From Alphaproteobacteria bacterium (GTDB lineage: Bacteria > Pseudomonadota > Alphaproteobacteria > MPNO01): a DNA stretch of 64,000 nucleotides. The notes under the pieces were generated by a model. It worked only from the letters and a program-made list of their open reading frames with translations, made no database searches and was not told where the DNA came from. The translations under genes and the position numbers were made by a program. Below are positions 38,186-48,343 of the stretch, one piece after another. The stretch spans positions 1,376,001-1,440,000 of the forward strand of contig CBDFLJ010000001.1 in NCBI GenBank assembly GCA_965248835.1, written 5' to 3'. Within the stretch, counting starts at the first letter, position 1, and every line of letters begins with the position of its first letter.

Positions 38186-39217
38186 ATGGATCGGAGCGCT
38201 GCCCGCGCGCGGCTTGACGCATTGTGGGCCCGCGGCCGGACGTTTCTCGGCGTCGAGCACGCAATCCTCGGCGGTGCGATGACCTGGGTATCGGAGCGCA
38301 ACCTGGTCTCGGCGCTGTCCAATTCCGGCGCGTTCGGGGTCATCGCCTGCGGCGCGATGGGGCCGGACCTGCTGTCGGCCGAGATCGCCGAGACCGCGAC
38401 GCGGACCGAGAGGCCTTTCGGGGTCAACCTGATCACCATGCATCCCGAGCTCGACGGCCTGATCGAGGTCTGCCTCGACCATCGGATCTCGCACGTGATC
38501 CTGGCCGGTGGGCTGCCCCGGTCCGCCTCGATCCAGCGGATCAACGACGGCGGCGCCAAGGTGGTCGCTTTCGCCCCGACGCTGGGCGTGGCCAGGCGTC
38601 TGGTCCGCCTGGGGGCAGGCGCCATCATCATCGAGGGCGCCGAGGCCGGCGGCCATGTCGGGCCGGTCGCGACCGGCGTGCTTGCCCAGGAGATCCTCCC
38701 CAGCCTGAACGACGTGCCGGTGTTCATCGCCGGCGGGATCGGCCGGGGCGATGCGATCCTGTCCTATCTCGAACTCGGCGCCTCGGGCTGCCAGCTCGGC
38801 ACCCGGTTCGTCTGTGCCAGCGAGTCGATCGCCCATCCGGACTTCAAGCGGGCCTTCATCCGCGCTGCCGCGCGCGATGCGGTCGCATCGGTGCAGATCG
38901 ACCCCGATTTCCCCGTCATCCCGGTGCGCGCGCTGCAGAACAAGGGCACCCAGGCCTTCATGGACACCCAGCGCCAGATCATCGCGCGCTACCGGGCCGG
39001 CGAGGTGGCCCAAGACGAAGCCCAGCTCGAGATCGAGCATTTCTGGGCCGGCGCCCTGCGGCGCGCGGTGATCGAGGGCGATATCGAGTTCGGCTCCCTG
39101 ATGGCCGGGCAGAGCGTCGGGATGGTGGCGCGCGAGGAGCCGATCGGCGCGATCATCGCCGAGCTGGTCGATCAGGCGCTGGACGCGATCGAAGCCAGGG
39201 CGGGGATCAAGAAGTGA
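38186..39217 (+). CDS. Nitronate monooxygenase/FabK-like flavin oxidoreductase
   Basis: GGAMTW, PFGVNL, EGAEAGGH, AGGIG, QLGTRF, LMAGQS. Confidence 0.9.
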   Translation: MDRSAARARLDALWARGRTFLGVEHAILGGAMTWVSERNLVSALSNSGAFGVIACGAMGPDLLSAEIAETATRTERPFGVNLITMHPELDGLIEVCLDHRISHVILAGGLPRSASIQRINDGGAKVVAFAPTLGVARRLVRLGAGAIIIEGAEAGGHVGPVATGVLAQEILPSLNDVPVFIAGGIGRGDAILSYLELGASGCQLGTRFVCASESIAHPDFKRAFIRAAARDAVASVQIDPDFPVIPVRALQNKGTQAFMDTQRQIIARYRAGEVAQDEAQLEIEHFWAGALRRAVIEGDIEFGSLMAGQSVGMVAREEPIGAIIAELVDQALDAIEARAGIKK

Positions 39218-41499
39218 CGGCGATGGTGCAAGCGGGAATCAGCGGTCACCGCCGCGCGCTTCGCCGGTTGCGCACCGTCATGGCGGGTGAGGGCTCGGCC
39301 GAGGAGCGGCTGGAGGAGATCGTCGAGATCGTCGCCGCCGAGATGGTGGCGGAGGTCTGCTCGGTCTACGTGATGCGCGCGGGCGAGCTGCTGGAGCTGT
39401 TCGCCACCAAGGGGCTCAACCCCGACGCGGTGCACCGGACCCGGCTGCGGGTCGGCGAGGGCCTGGTCGGTACGGTCGCCGCGCAGGCCCGGCCGCTCAA
39501 CCTGCCCGACGCCCAGTCGCACCCGCAGTTCACCTACCGGCCGGAGACCGGTGAGGAGATCTACCATTCGCTGCTCGGCGTGCCGATCCTGCGCGGCGGG
39601 CGGGTGCGCGGCGTGCTGGTCGTCCAGAACCAGGCGCGGCGCCAATATGCCGACGAAGAGGTCGAGGCGCTGGAATTGATCGGCGTGGTGGTCGCCGAGC
39701 TGATTGCCGGCGGCGCGCTGATCAACGCGGCGGAGACCACCCCCAGTCAAGGCAACGCGGTCCTGTCGGTCCGGCTCGAAGGCCTCAGGATCAGCGAAGG
39801 GCTGGCGATGGGCGAGGCGGTGCTGCACACCCCGCCGGTCAGCATCCCCCAGATGTTCGCCGACGAGCCCGAGCTCGAGCACGACCGGCTGGCCCAGGCG
39901 ATGGCCTCGATGCACAGTGAGCTCGACGACATGCTGGCGCTGAGCGAGCTGGACCAGGCGGGCGAGCATCGCGACATCCTCGCGACCTACCGCAAGTTCG
40001 CCGAGGACCGCGGCTGGCTGCGGCGCATCGGCGAGGCGATCGACGGTGGGCTGGCCGCCGAGGCCGCAGTCCAGAAAGTGCTCGACGACACCAGGGCGCG
40101 CATGCACCAGATCGTAGATCCCTATCTCAGCGAGCGCATGGCCGACCTGGAGGACCTCGCCTACCGGCTGCTTCACCATCTGACCGGCAATGTGCGCATC
40201 GCCGATTTGGAGGTGCAGCCCGAGGCCGTGGTCCTGGTCGCCCACAATATCGGCCCGGCGGAACTGCTGGACTACGAGCCTCGGCGGCTGAAGGCGCTGA
40301 TCCTCGAGGAGGGTTCCGCGACCTCCCACGTCGCGATCGTCGCACGGGCGCTCAACATCCCGGTGGTCGGCCGCATCAAGGGCCTCCTGACCCGAATCGA
40401 CCAGATGGATCCGGTCATCGTCGACGGCGATCACGCCCAGGTCTACGTGCGGCCGGGCGAGGACATCCTGCAAATGGCGGCCGATCACCTGTCGGTGCGC
40501 CAGCAGAGGTTGGCCGAATATGCCGCCATGCGCGATGCGCCGGCACGTACCCGCGACGGTGTGCGGATCAGCCTGAACATGAACGCCGGGCTGCTGATGG
40601 ATCTCCAGGCCCTGCCGGACAGCGGGGCGGAGGGCATCGGGCTCTACCGGACCGAGATTCCGTTCATGGTCCATTCCGAATTCCCCAGCGTCGAGGCCCA
40701 GACCGATCTCTACCGGCAGGTGCTGGAAGGCGCGAACGGCCTGCCGGTGACCTTCCGCACGCTCGACATCGGCGGCGACAAGGAGCTGCCTTATTTCCGG
40801 GACTCGAAGGACCAGAACCCGGCCATGGGTTGGCGGTCGATTCGGGTGGCGCTGGACCGGCCGCACATGATGCGCCAGCAGCTCCGCGCGCTGATCGGGG
40901 CCACCGGCGCCCGCGGGCTGAACATCATGTTCCCGATGATCGCGGAGGTCGCCGAGCTGGAAGCCGCGCGCGCCATCCTGGATCTCGAACTGCGCCGGGC
41001 CGCGACGCGGGGCGAGCCGATGCCCGATCCCGTGCGCGTCGGGGTGATGGTCGAGGTGCCCAGCCTGATGTGGCAGCTCGAGGCGCTGCTGCCGCGGGTC
41101 GATTTCGTCTCGGTCGGCAGCAACGACCTTTTCCAGTTTCTGTTCGCCTCGGACAGGGGAAACCCTCGGGTCAGCGAGCGTTACGACGTCCTGTCGCCCG
41201 GCCCGCTGTCGTTGCTGCGCGGCCTGGTCGCGCGCTGCGATGCCCATGGTGTCCCGGTCTCGCTTTGCGGCGAGATGGCGGGCCGGCCGATCGAGGCGAT
41301 GGCCGTGATCGGGGTCGGGTTCCGCAGCATTTCCGCGCCCGCCGGCACGATCGGGCCGGTTAAGAAAATGATCCTGAGCCTCGATGCCGGCATGCTCGGC
41401 GACTTCCTGGCGACGCTTCTGAACCTGCCCGACCGCAGCATCCGCGAACGGCTGCGAGGTTTCTCCCGCGACCGCGGCATAATACTGGAGGATGCTTGA
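39214..41499 (+). CDS. ptsP: Phosphoenolpyruvate-protein phosphotransferase EI-Ntr
   Basis: N-terminal GAF domain, TSHVAIVAR phospho-His, GLYRTE, RTLDIGGDK, GSNDL, CGEMA. Confidence 0.96.
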   Translation: MTAMVQAGISGHRRALRRLRTVMAGEGSAEERLEEIVEIVAAEMVAEVCSVYVMRAGELLELFATKGLNPDAVHRTRLRVGEGLVGTVAAQARPLNLPDAQSHPQFTYRPETGEEIYHSLLGVPILRGGRVRGVLVVQNQARRQYADEEVEALELIGVVVAELIAGGALINAAETTPSQGNAVLSVRLEGLRISEGLAMGEAVLHTPPVSIPQMFADEPELEHDRLAQAMASMHSELDDMLALSELDQAGEHRDILATYRKFAEDRGWLRRIGEAIDGGLAAEAAVQKVLDDTRARMHQIVDPYLSERMADLEDLAYRLLHHLTGNVRIADLEVQPEAVVLVAHNIGPAELLDYEPRRLKALILEEGSATSHVAIVARALNIPVVGRIKGLLTRIDQMDPVIVDGDHAQVYVRPGEDILQMAADHLSVRQQRLAEYAAMRDAPARTRDGVRISLNMNAGLLMDLQALPDSGAEGIGLYRTEIPFMVHSEFPSVEAQTDLYRQVLEGANGLPVTFRTLDIGGDKELPYFRDSKDQNPAMGWRSIRVALDRPHMMRQQLRALIGATGARGLNIMFPMIAEVAELEAARAILDLELRRAATRGEPMPDPVRVGVMVEVPSLMWQLEALLPRVDFVSVGSNDLFQFLFASDRGNPRVSERYDVLSPGPLSLLRGLVARCDAHGVPVSLCGEMAGRPIEAMAVIGVGFRSISAPAGTIGPVKKMILSLDAGMLGDFLATLLNLPDRSIRERLRGFSRDRGIILEDA

Positions 41500-41743
41500 C
41501 CGCAGGCCCGCGGCCTGGCGGACTCCAGGGCATCGGTCATCACAAATGAATTGATCGATGTCACCCGAAGTTGCTACTAAAGCTGGACCTGTCCGTTGGA
41601 CGGGTAAGGAGGCGAGCGGTCAGGCGCGCGTTGCGCCGCGGAAAGGCTGCCCGGGCGCACGGTGTCGGCCCAAGGGGCCGGCCCAAGATGCCGGTGGCGC
41701 GCGCACGCCGCACACGCTATCGAACCGGGCGTGAGCGTTCGGT

Positions 41744-42901
41744 ATGGACAATGGCGCGGACAGACCGCAAGAGCCGGAGGAAGCGACGCCGGTGGCCGCC
41801 GCCCGGACATCATTCGACGCAGCCGAAGTCGGCGCCCGCCTGCGCGAAGCGCGGCTTGCCCTTGGGTACGACGTGGTCGACGTCGCGAGCGAGCTGCGCA
41901 TCCGCCGCATCTATCTGCAAGCCATCGAGGAAGGCCGGCTGAGCGATCTGCCCGGGTCCGCCTATGTGACCGGTTTCCTGCGTGTCTATGGCGACTATCT
42001 GGGGCTCGACGGCCGCGAGATCATCGAATCGTACAAGGCGGCGGGCCGGCCCAGCACCGGCGAGACGGATCTGTCCCTGCCCTCGCCGGTCGAGGAAGGC
42101 CGGCTCCCCACCCGTCCGATCCTGCTGCTCGCCGCGTTGCTCGCCGTGGGGGCTTATGGCGTCTGGTACTACATGGCCAAAAGCGACCGCGACCCGGTCG
42201 AGAGTGTCGCGGCCCTGCCCGACCAGCTTATCGCACTGATCGAGGAGCCCACGGCCGCGGCGCCGCCGGAGACGGCCGAGGCGGACCGGGCCGCTCCAGA
42301 GCCGCCGGCCAACGACACGGCGACCGCGCCGACCAGTCAGCCGGTCGAAGATGTCCGGCCGCCGGCGCTCGAAGATCCTCCGGGCCAGGCCGAGGGCACT
42401 GTCACCGATCCCGTTGATGCCGACGCCGCCGCCGTTCCGGGGACGCCGACGCGCATGGAGACGGCCGCCGTTCAGCCGGAGACCGCCGCTGCGCCGCCGC
42501 CCATCCCTGTCGAGGCTGCCCCGGAGCCCGTCGAAACCGAAACGGCCGGCCGCTCGGCGACGGTCGCGCCCGAGGCCGACGGCGGGCTTTCGCCGCTCGG
42601 CGGCGGCGCCGCCGAGCAGGCCGAGACCCTGATCGCCGGCCGCATCGTTCTGCAGGCCAACACCGATATCTGGCTCGAAGTCGGGGCGGACGGTGCGGCG
42701 CCGGTCTATTCCGGCGTGCTGCGCCGGGGCGGCAGCTACCCTGTGCCCGCGCAGTCAGGGCTTACCCTGATGACCGGCGACGCCGGTGGCATCGACATCC
42801 TGGTCGACGGCCGGGCGATCCCCAAGCTCGGGCCTCGGGGTGCGGTCAAGCGCGATGTGGTGCTCGATGCCGACCGCCTGCTGGGGCTGGCGAGTCAGTA
42901 A
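41744..42901 (+). CDS. rodZ: RodZ cytoskeleton protein
   Basis: N-terminal HTH (GARLREAR...YLQAIEEG...GFLRVYG), one TM helix, Pro/Ala linker, C-terminal TGDAGGI. Confidence 0.88.
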   Translation: MDNGADRPQEPEEATPVAAARTSFDAAEVGARLREARLALGYDVVDVASELRIRRIYLQAIEEGRLSDLPGSAYVTGFLRVYGDYLGLDGREIIESYKAAGRPSTGETDLSLPSPVEEGRLPTRPILLLAALLAVGAYGVWYYMAKSDRDPVESVAALPDQLIALIEEPTAAAPPETAEADRAAPEPPANDTATAPTSQPVEDVRPPALEDPPGQAEGTVTDPVDADAAAVPGTPTRMETAAVQPETAAAPPPIPVEAAPEPVETETAGRSATVAPEADGGLSPLGGGAAEQAETLIAGRIVLQANTDIWLEVGADGAAPVYSGVLRRGGSYPVPAQSGLTLMTGDAGGIDILVDGRAIPKLGPRGAVKRDVVLDADRLLGLASQ

Positions 42902-43037
42902 AGCCTTCGCCCGAGCGCGTTTTTGCACGGCGGCGAATTGCGCTATAACCCGCCGATGGCGGCGAGAATCGGCTTATTGATCCACCGCGCCGGGTTGCGG
43001 TATCGCGCTGCCGAGCCCGGCCGGCGAGCACCCTGAC

Positions 43038-44282
43038 GTGGCGAAGCTCCAGCCCGTGCGGGGAACGCACGACCTGCTGCCCGATCAGGCGCGCGGGTTC
43101 CGCCGAATCGTCGAGGCCGCGCGGCAGGTCGCCGGACGCTACGGCTATCACGAGATCGCGACGCCGGTCTTCGAGTTCTCCGAGGTCTTCAAGCGCACCC
43201 TTGGCGAGACCTCCGACATCGTTGCCAAGGAGATGTACACCTTCACCGACCGCGGCGGCGAGGAGCTCACCCTGCGCCCCGAGGCCACCGCCGGCATCGC
43301 CCGGGCGCTGATCTCCAACGGCCTGTCGCAGCACCTGCCGCTCAAATACTTCTGTGCCGGGCCGATGTTCCGCTATGAGCGGCCGCAAAAGGGCAGGCTC
43401 CGCCAGTTCCACCAGATCGATATCGAGCTGCTAGGCGTTGCCGAGCCGATCGCCGACATCGAGGTGATTGCGCTCGGCGCCGCGGTGCTCGATGCGCTCG
43501 GCGTCCGCGCCCGGACGACGCTGGAGCTCAACACGCTGGGCAATGCCGCCAGCCGGGCCGCCTATCGCACGGTCCTGGTCGACTACCTCCAGGCCCATCG
43601 CGCCGCGCTGTCCGAGGACAGCCTCGCGCGGCTCGACCGCAACCCCTTGCGGATCCTCGATTCCAAGGATGCCGGCGACCGCGAGGTCGTCGTCGGCGCG
43701 CCTTCGTTCGCCGACAGTCTGGATGGGGAATCGACGGATTTCTTCGCCACCGTGCGCGACGGGCTGGTCAGGCTCGGCATCGACCATGAGGTCAACCGTC
43801 GGCTGGTCCGCGGGCTCGACTATTATTGCCATACCGCCTTCGAGTTCACCACCGAGGCGCTGGGCGCGCAGGGTGCCGTCATTGCCGGCGGACGCTATGA
43901 CGGGCTGGTCGGAATGATGGGCGGACCACAGACTCCGGGTATCGGCTGGGCCGGCGGCATCGAGAGGCTTTCGATGCTGAGCGGCGAGCCGGAACCGCCG
44001 CCGCGGCCGATCGCGCTGGTCCCGGTCGGCGCCGCCGCCGAGGCCGCGACGCTGACGCTTGCCCAAAGCCTGCGCGGCGCCGGCTTTACCGTCGAGCTCG
44101 GCTATCGCGGCAACCTCAAGCGCCGCTTGGCGCGTGCCGACCGCCTCAACGCCCGGGCAGCGGTCATCCTGGGCGAGGACGAGCTCGCCGGCGGGACCGC
44201 CACGCTGCGCGATCTGGATAGCGGCGAGCAGACCGCGGTGCCCCTGTCCGAGCTTGCCGCCCACCTGGCGCGGTTTGCATGA
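43038..44282 (+). CDS. hisS: Histidine-tRNA ligase
   Basis: VRGTHD, LRPEAT, FRYERPQKGRLRQF, LVRGLDYY, GGRYDGL. Confidence 0.97.
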   Translation: MAKLQPVRGTHDLLPDQARGFRRIVEAARQVAGRYGYHEIATPVFEFSEVFKRTLGETSDIVAKEMYTFTDRGGEELTLRPEATAGIARALISNGLSQHLPLKYFCAGPMFRYERPQKGRLRQFHQIDIELLGVAEPIADIEVIALGAAVLDALGVRARTTLELNTLGNAASRAAYRTVLVDYLQAHRAALSEDSLARLDRNPLRILDSKDAGDREVVVGAPSFADSLDGESTDFFATVRDGLVRLGIDHEVNRRLVRGLDYYCHTAFEFTTEALGAQGAVIAGGRYDGLVGMMGGPQTPGIGWAGGIERLSMLSGEPEPPPRPIALVPVGAAAEAATLTLAQSLRGAGFTVELGYRGNLKRRLARADRLNARAAVILGEDELAGGTATLRDLDSGEQTAVPLSELAAHLARFA

Positions 44283-44289
44283 CCGGGCG

Positions 44290-45576
44290 ATGGGCCGGCC
44301 CGGGCAAAAACCGAATTTCCTCGTCGTCGGCGCGAACCACCGTTCCAGCGCCGCGACGACCCGCGACCGGTTGCTGGTCGAGGACGAGGCCCAGCCCGCT
44401 TTCCTCGAACGGCTCCGCCGGGCCGGTGTGGACCAGGCGGTGCTGCTGTCGACATGTGCCCGCACGGAGGTGCAGGCGGTTCAATCCGATACGGCTGCCG
44501 CGGTCGCGGCGATCTCGACCCTTTTCGCCGAACGGGCGGGTATGGAGGTCGAGGAGATCGCGGCCGAGCTTTACGTCAAGCGGGACGCCGAGGCGGTGCG
44601 CCATGTCTTCCGCGTTGCCGCGGCGCTGGACAGCCCGGTGATCGGCGAGCCCCAGGTTACCGGACAGGTCCGCGAAGGCCATCGCCGCGCGCGTGCGGCC
44701 GGGATGGTCGGAGCCGATCTCGAAGCACTGCTGAACGCGGCCTACGCTACGGCCAGACGGGTGCGGTCCGAGACGACGATCGGCCAGCGGCCGGTCTCGA
44801 TGGCCGCCGCGGCGCGCCGCCTCGCCCGCGACGTCCACGGCGACCTGACCGGCTGCACCGCGCTCATGCTGATCGGCGGTGACATGGGCGAGTTCGTCGC
44901 CGAGCACATCCTGGCCTCGGGGTTGCGCGGAATCGTCATGGCCGCTCGGGTGGCCGCGCGCGCGGAGGCCGCCGCACGGCGGCACGGATGCCACCATGCG
45001 CCGATCGAGACACTCCAGGATCTGCTGGCGGAGTCCGATATCGTGGTCAGCGCGCTCGGCACCGGACGACACGCGATCACCGCTTCGATGGTGCGCGCGG
45101 CCCTGCGCGCCCGCCGGCGCAAGCCGATCCTGCTGATCGATGCGGCCATCCCCGGCGACGTCGCCGCCGAGGTGGACGATCTCGACGATGCGTTCGTCTA
45201 TGATTTGGCGGATCTGGAGCGCATCGCCGAACAGGGCGTGGCGGGCCGGGAGGAGGCCGCGCACCAGGCCGAGGCGGTCCTCGACGAGGAGGTGGGCCGT
45301 TACCTCCGCACCCTGGTGGTGCGCGATCCGGGCCCGGCGATCGCGGCGCTGCGGGCCCACTTCGAGGCGGTACGCGGTGATGTGCTGGCCGCGCACGGCG
45401 GGGAGGATGTGGCGCTGGTCACCCGGCGCCTGGTAAACCGCCTGCTCGATACACCCTCACGCGCGCTTGGCGCGCTCGCCGCCGAGGACGATCCGGCGCG
45501 GCCCGATCTCGAAGCTGCGCTCGCTGCGCTGTTCGCGATCGAGTCGACCGATCGCGGCCCGGATGAGGATCGGTAG
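44290..45576 (+). CDS. hemA: Glutamyl-tRNA reductase (divergent motifs)
   Basis: [47 protein letters not shown]; directly upstream of prfA-prmC. Confidence 0.88.
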   Translation: MGRPGQKPNFLVVGANHRSSAATTRDRLLVEDEAQPAFLERLRRAGVDQAVLLSTCARTEVQAVQSDTAAAVAAISTLFAERAGMEVEEIAAELYVKRDAEAVRHVFRVAAALDSPVIGEPQVTGQVREGHRRARAAGMVGADLEALLNAAYATARRVRSETTIGQRPVSMAAAARRLARDVHGDLTGCTALMLIGGDMGEFVAEHILASGLRGIVMAARVAARAEAAARRHGCHHAPIETLQDLLAESDIVVSALGTGRHAITASMVRAALRARRRKPILLIDAAIPGDVAAEVDDLDDAFVYDLADLERIAEQGVAGREEAAHQAEAVLDEEVGRYLRTLVVRDPGPAIAALRAHFEAVRGDVLAAHGGEDVALVTRRLVNRLLDTPSRALGALAAEDDPARPDLEAALAALFAIESTDRGPDEDR

Positions 45577-45578
45577 GC

Positions 45579-46649
45579 ATGGACGAGAAGCTCGAACTTC
45601 TGCTCGCCCGCCATGAGGAGCTGGCGGCCACGCTCGCCGGCTCGGAGCTTCGCGACAGCCAGGAATTCGTTCGGGTATCGAAAGAATATGCCGAGCTCAA
45701 CCCTGTGGTCGATGCCATCAAGGCGCTGCGGGCCGCCCGGCGGGAAGCGCACGGACTGGAAGAAATCATCGCCGAGGAGATCTCGGATTCCGACATGCGC
45801 GAGCTCGCGCAGGCAGAGCTGTCCGAGGTCAGACGCGCCATCGGCGAGCACGAGCAGGCCTTGAAGTGGCTGCTCCTGCCGAAGGACGCTGCCGATGACG
45901 GGAACGCTATCCTCGAGATCCGGGCGGGCACCGGTGGCGAGGAGGCGGCGCTGTTCGCGGCCAATCTGTACCGCATGTATCAGCGTTACGCCGAACTGCA
46001 CAACTGGCGCATGGAGCTGATCCAGGCCACCGAGACCGGGATCGGCGGCTTCAAGGAGGCCATCGCGGAGATCTCGGGCAGCGGCGTGTTCGCGCGGCTG
46101 AAGTTTGAATCGGGTGTCCATCGCGTCCAGCGGGTCCCGGAGACCGAGTCCAGCGGGCGGATTCACACCTCGGCGGCGACGGTCGCGGTCCTGCCGGAGC
46201 CGGAGGATGTCGACATCCAGATCGATGAGCGCGATCTGCGGATCGACGTTTTCCGCTCTTCCGGACCCGGCGGGCAGTCGGTCAACACCACCGACAGCGC
46301 GGTTCGGATCACCCATGTCCCGACCGGGATCGTGGTCTCGCAGCAGGACGAGAAATCCCAGCACAAGAACCGTGCGAAGGCGATGAAGGTGCTGCGCGCG
46401 CGGCTCTATCAGGCGGAGCGCGCCGCCCGCGATGCCGAACGCGCTGCGGCGAGGCGCTCCCAGGTCGGCTCCGGCGACCGGTCGGAGCGTATCCGCACCT
46501 ACAACTATCCGCAGGGCCGGGTGACCGACCATCGGATCAACCTGACGCTGCACAAGCTCGACCGGGTCCTTGCCGGGGAGTCGCTGGACGAGATCATCGA
46601 TGCGCTGAGCGCCGACGACCAGGCGGCACGGCTGGCGGAAGTCTCTTGA
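45579..46649 (+). CDS. prfA: Peptide chain release factor 1
   Basis: [15 protein letters not shown] (PxT), GPGGQ, RTYNYPQ. Confidence 0.97.
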   Translation: MDEKLELLLARHEELAATLAGSELRDSQEFVRVSKEYAELNPVVDAIKALRAARREAHGLEEIIAEEISDSDMRELAQAELSEVRRAIGEHEQALKWLLLPKDAADDGNAILEIRAGTGGEEAALFAANLYRMYQRYAELHNWRMELIQATETGIGGFKEAIAEISGSGVFARLKFESGVHRVQRVPETESSGRIHTSAATVAVLPEPEDVDIQIDERDLRIDVFRSSGPGGQSVNTTDSAVRITHVPTGIVVSQQDEKSQHKNRAKAMKVLRARLYQAERAARDAERAAARRSQVGSGDRSERIRTYNYPQGRVTDHRINLTLHKLDRVLAGESLDEIIDALSADDQAARLAEVS

Positions 46650-47521
46650 TCGCGGCCTCGACCGCGATGAGCCAGGCGGCACGCCGCCTGCGGGCGGCCG
46701 GTGTCGAACGCGCCGAGGCCGATGCGCGGCTGCTGCTGTGCGCGAGCCTCGGCATTGGCCGTGCCGGGCTGATCGCCGCCCCCGAGCGCTGCCTCGATGA
46801 CGACCAGGCGGCGGTCTACCGCGCGCGAATCGATCGGCGTTGCGGGCGCGAGCCGGTGTCGCGCATCCTCGGCGCGCGCGAGTTCTGGAGCCTCGATTTC
46901 GCGCTCAACCCGGCGACGCTGGATCCGCGGCCCGACAGCGAGACGCTCATCGAGGCGGTGCTGGCCTGGCAGCCCGACCGGGCCGCCGCGTTGCGGATCC
47001 TCGATCTCGGGACCGGCTCGGGATGTCTGCTGTGCGCCCTGTTGAGTGAGTTTCCGGCCGCCGCCGGCGTCGGGACGGACCGCGCCGCCGGCGCGGTCGG
47101 GATGGCGCGCGTGAACGCGGCCGCGCTGGGGCTTGCGGACCGTGCGCGGTTCGTCTGCACCAATTGGGAGGACGCGGTCGCGGCGGGCCGGTTCGACCTG
47201 ATCGTCGCCAACCCGCCCTATATCCCGCGCGCCGCGATTGACGGGCTGGCCCCGGAAGTTGCATTGTTCGATCCGCGCGCGGCCCTGGACGGCGGCGTGG
47301 ACGGGCTTGATGCCTACGGCGCCTTGGCGCCGCGGATGCATCGGAGGCTCGCGCGCGGAGGCGCGGCCTTCGTCGAGATCGCCCAGGGCCAGGCCGGTCC
47401 GGTGGGTGCGGTCATGGCCGCTTGCGGCCTGGAGCGATTCGTCGAAATGGCCGACCTGGGCGGTATAGTGCGCTGCCTGGGGCTGTGCAAAGCCGATGCG
47501 TCAACCCTCGGTAAAAAATAA
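46646..47521 (+). CDS. prmC: Release factor glutamine methyltransferase
   Basis: PRPDSE, DLGTGSG, NPPY, ALDGG. Confidence 0.96.
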   Translation: MIAASTAMSQAARRLRAAGVERAEADARLLLCASLGIGRAGLIAAPERCLDDDQAAVYRARIDRRCGREPVSRILGAREFWSLDFALNPATLDPRPDSETLIEAVLAWQPDRAAALRILDLGTGSGCLLCALLSEFPAAAGVGTDRAAGAVGMARVNAAALGLADRARFVCTNWEDAVAAGRFDLIVANPPYIPRAAIDGLAPEVALFDPRAALDGGVDGLDAYGALAPRMHRRLARGGAAFVEIAQGQAGPVGAVMAACGLERFVEMADLGGIVRCLGLCKADASTLGKK

Positions 47522-47524
47522 AGG

Positions 47525-47553
47525 TTGGAAAGCATCGGATGCGTGGTTAGGTT
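47525..47553 (+). promoter_or_regulatory. Probable sigma70 promoter of the DUF4167 gene
   Basis: A-tract followed by TTGGAA-17 nt-TAGGTT. Confidence 0.5.
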
Positions 47554-47715
47554 TGAAGCCGGCAAGGCAGCGGGCAGCGGGCCCAGGACTGCCGGCCCGT
47601 GAAGCACCCTTTTGAGATGCCAACCTACGGGTAGCGGCAAGCGCCCGGAGCCAGGACATTTTGGGGCACCGGCGGTGGGAAAGGGCTTCGTAACTTGAAC
47701 AGAAAAGTGGAACCT

Positions 47716-48168
47716 ATGAGACAAGGATCCAACCCAAAGCGTCTTCGCGGGCGGACCGGCCGGAAGAATCCACATTCGAGGTCGCAGACCTTCGAGAGCA
47801 ACGGCCCGGAGGTGAAGGTCCGGGGCAACGCCCAGCAGGTCGTCGAGAAGTACCTGGCCCTGGCACGCGACGCGACCTCGGCAGGCGATCGGATTACCGC
47901 GGAAAGCTATTTCCAGCATGCCGAGCATTACTACCGGGTCATGACCGCCAACGGCGAGTTCGAGGATCGCAACGCCCAGAACGGCCGCCCGCAGGGAGAT
48001 CTGGACATCCGCGCCGAAGGCGACGCCGACGAGGCGCCGACGATCGAGGTCATCACCAATGGCGGCGCGCATGCGGAGATCCCCGAGGCGAGCGGGAACG
48101 GCGCCAACGGCGCATCGGCGAGTCCGACGCAGGAAGAACCGGCCCAGGATCCGCAGCCGCAGGATTGA
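47716..48168 (+). CDS. DUF4167 family protein
   Basis: FESNGPEVKVRGNAQQVVEKYLALARDA...YFQHAEHYYR; located between prmC and clpB. Confidence 0.92.
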   Translation: MRQGSNPKRLRGRTGRKNPHSRSQTFESNGPEVKVRGNAQQVVEKYLALARDATSAGDRITAESYFQHAEHYYRVMTANGEFEDRNAQNGRPQGDLDIRAEGDADEAPTIEVITNGGAHAEIPEASGNGANGASASPTQEEPAQDPQPQD

Positions 48169-48222
48169 CCTGACCGGCGGCGGCCAGGACAGCCATACCC
48201 CAAAACTCCGAGATTATATGGC

Positions 48223-48252
48223 CTTGCGGGTCTCCTGCTTGGCATCCATATA
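48223..48252 (+). promoter_or_regulatory. RpoH (sigma32)-type promoter of clpB
   Basis: CTTGCG-16 nt-TCCATAT upstream of a heat-shock gene. Confidence 0.6.
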
Positions 48253-48343
48253 GGATTCGGACGCCTGATCCAGGGTCCGGATAGCACGCCCGCCTGTTGC
48301 AGGGGGCATCAAGTTGCAATGTCTGTGAGCGGAGTTGCACGGC

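Noticed and set aside
38224-39213. Apparent N-terminal extension making a 1091-aa PtsP
   Set aside because: It is an Arg/Pro-rich alternative frame over the nitronate monooxygenase gene. PtsP similarity begins near 39214-39223.
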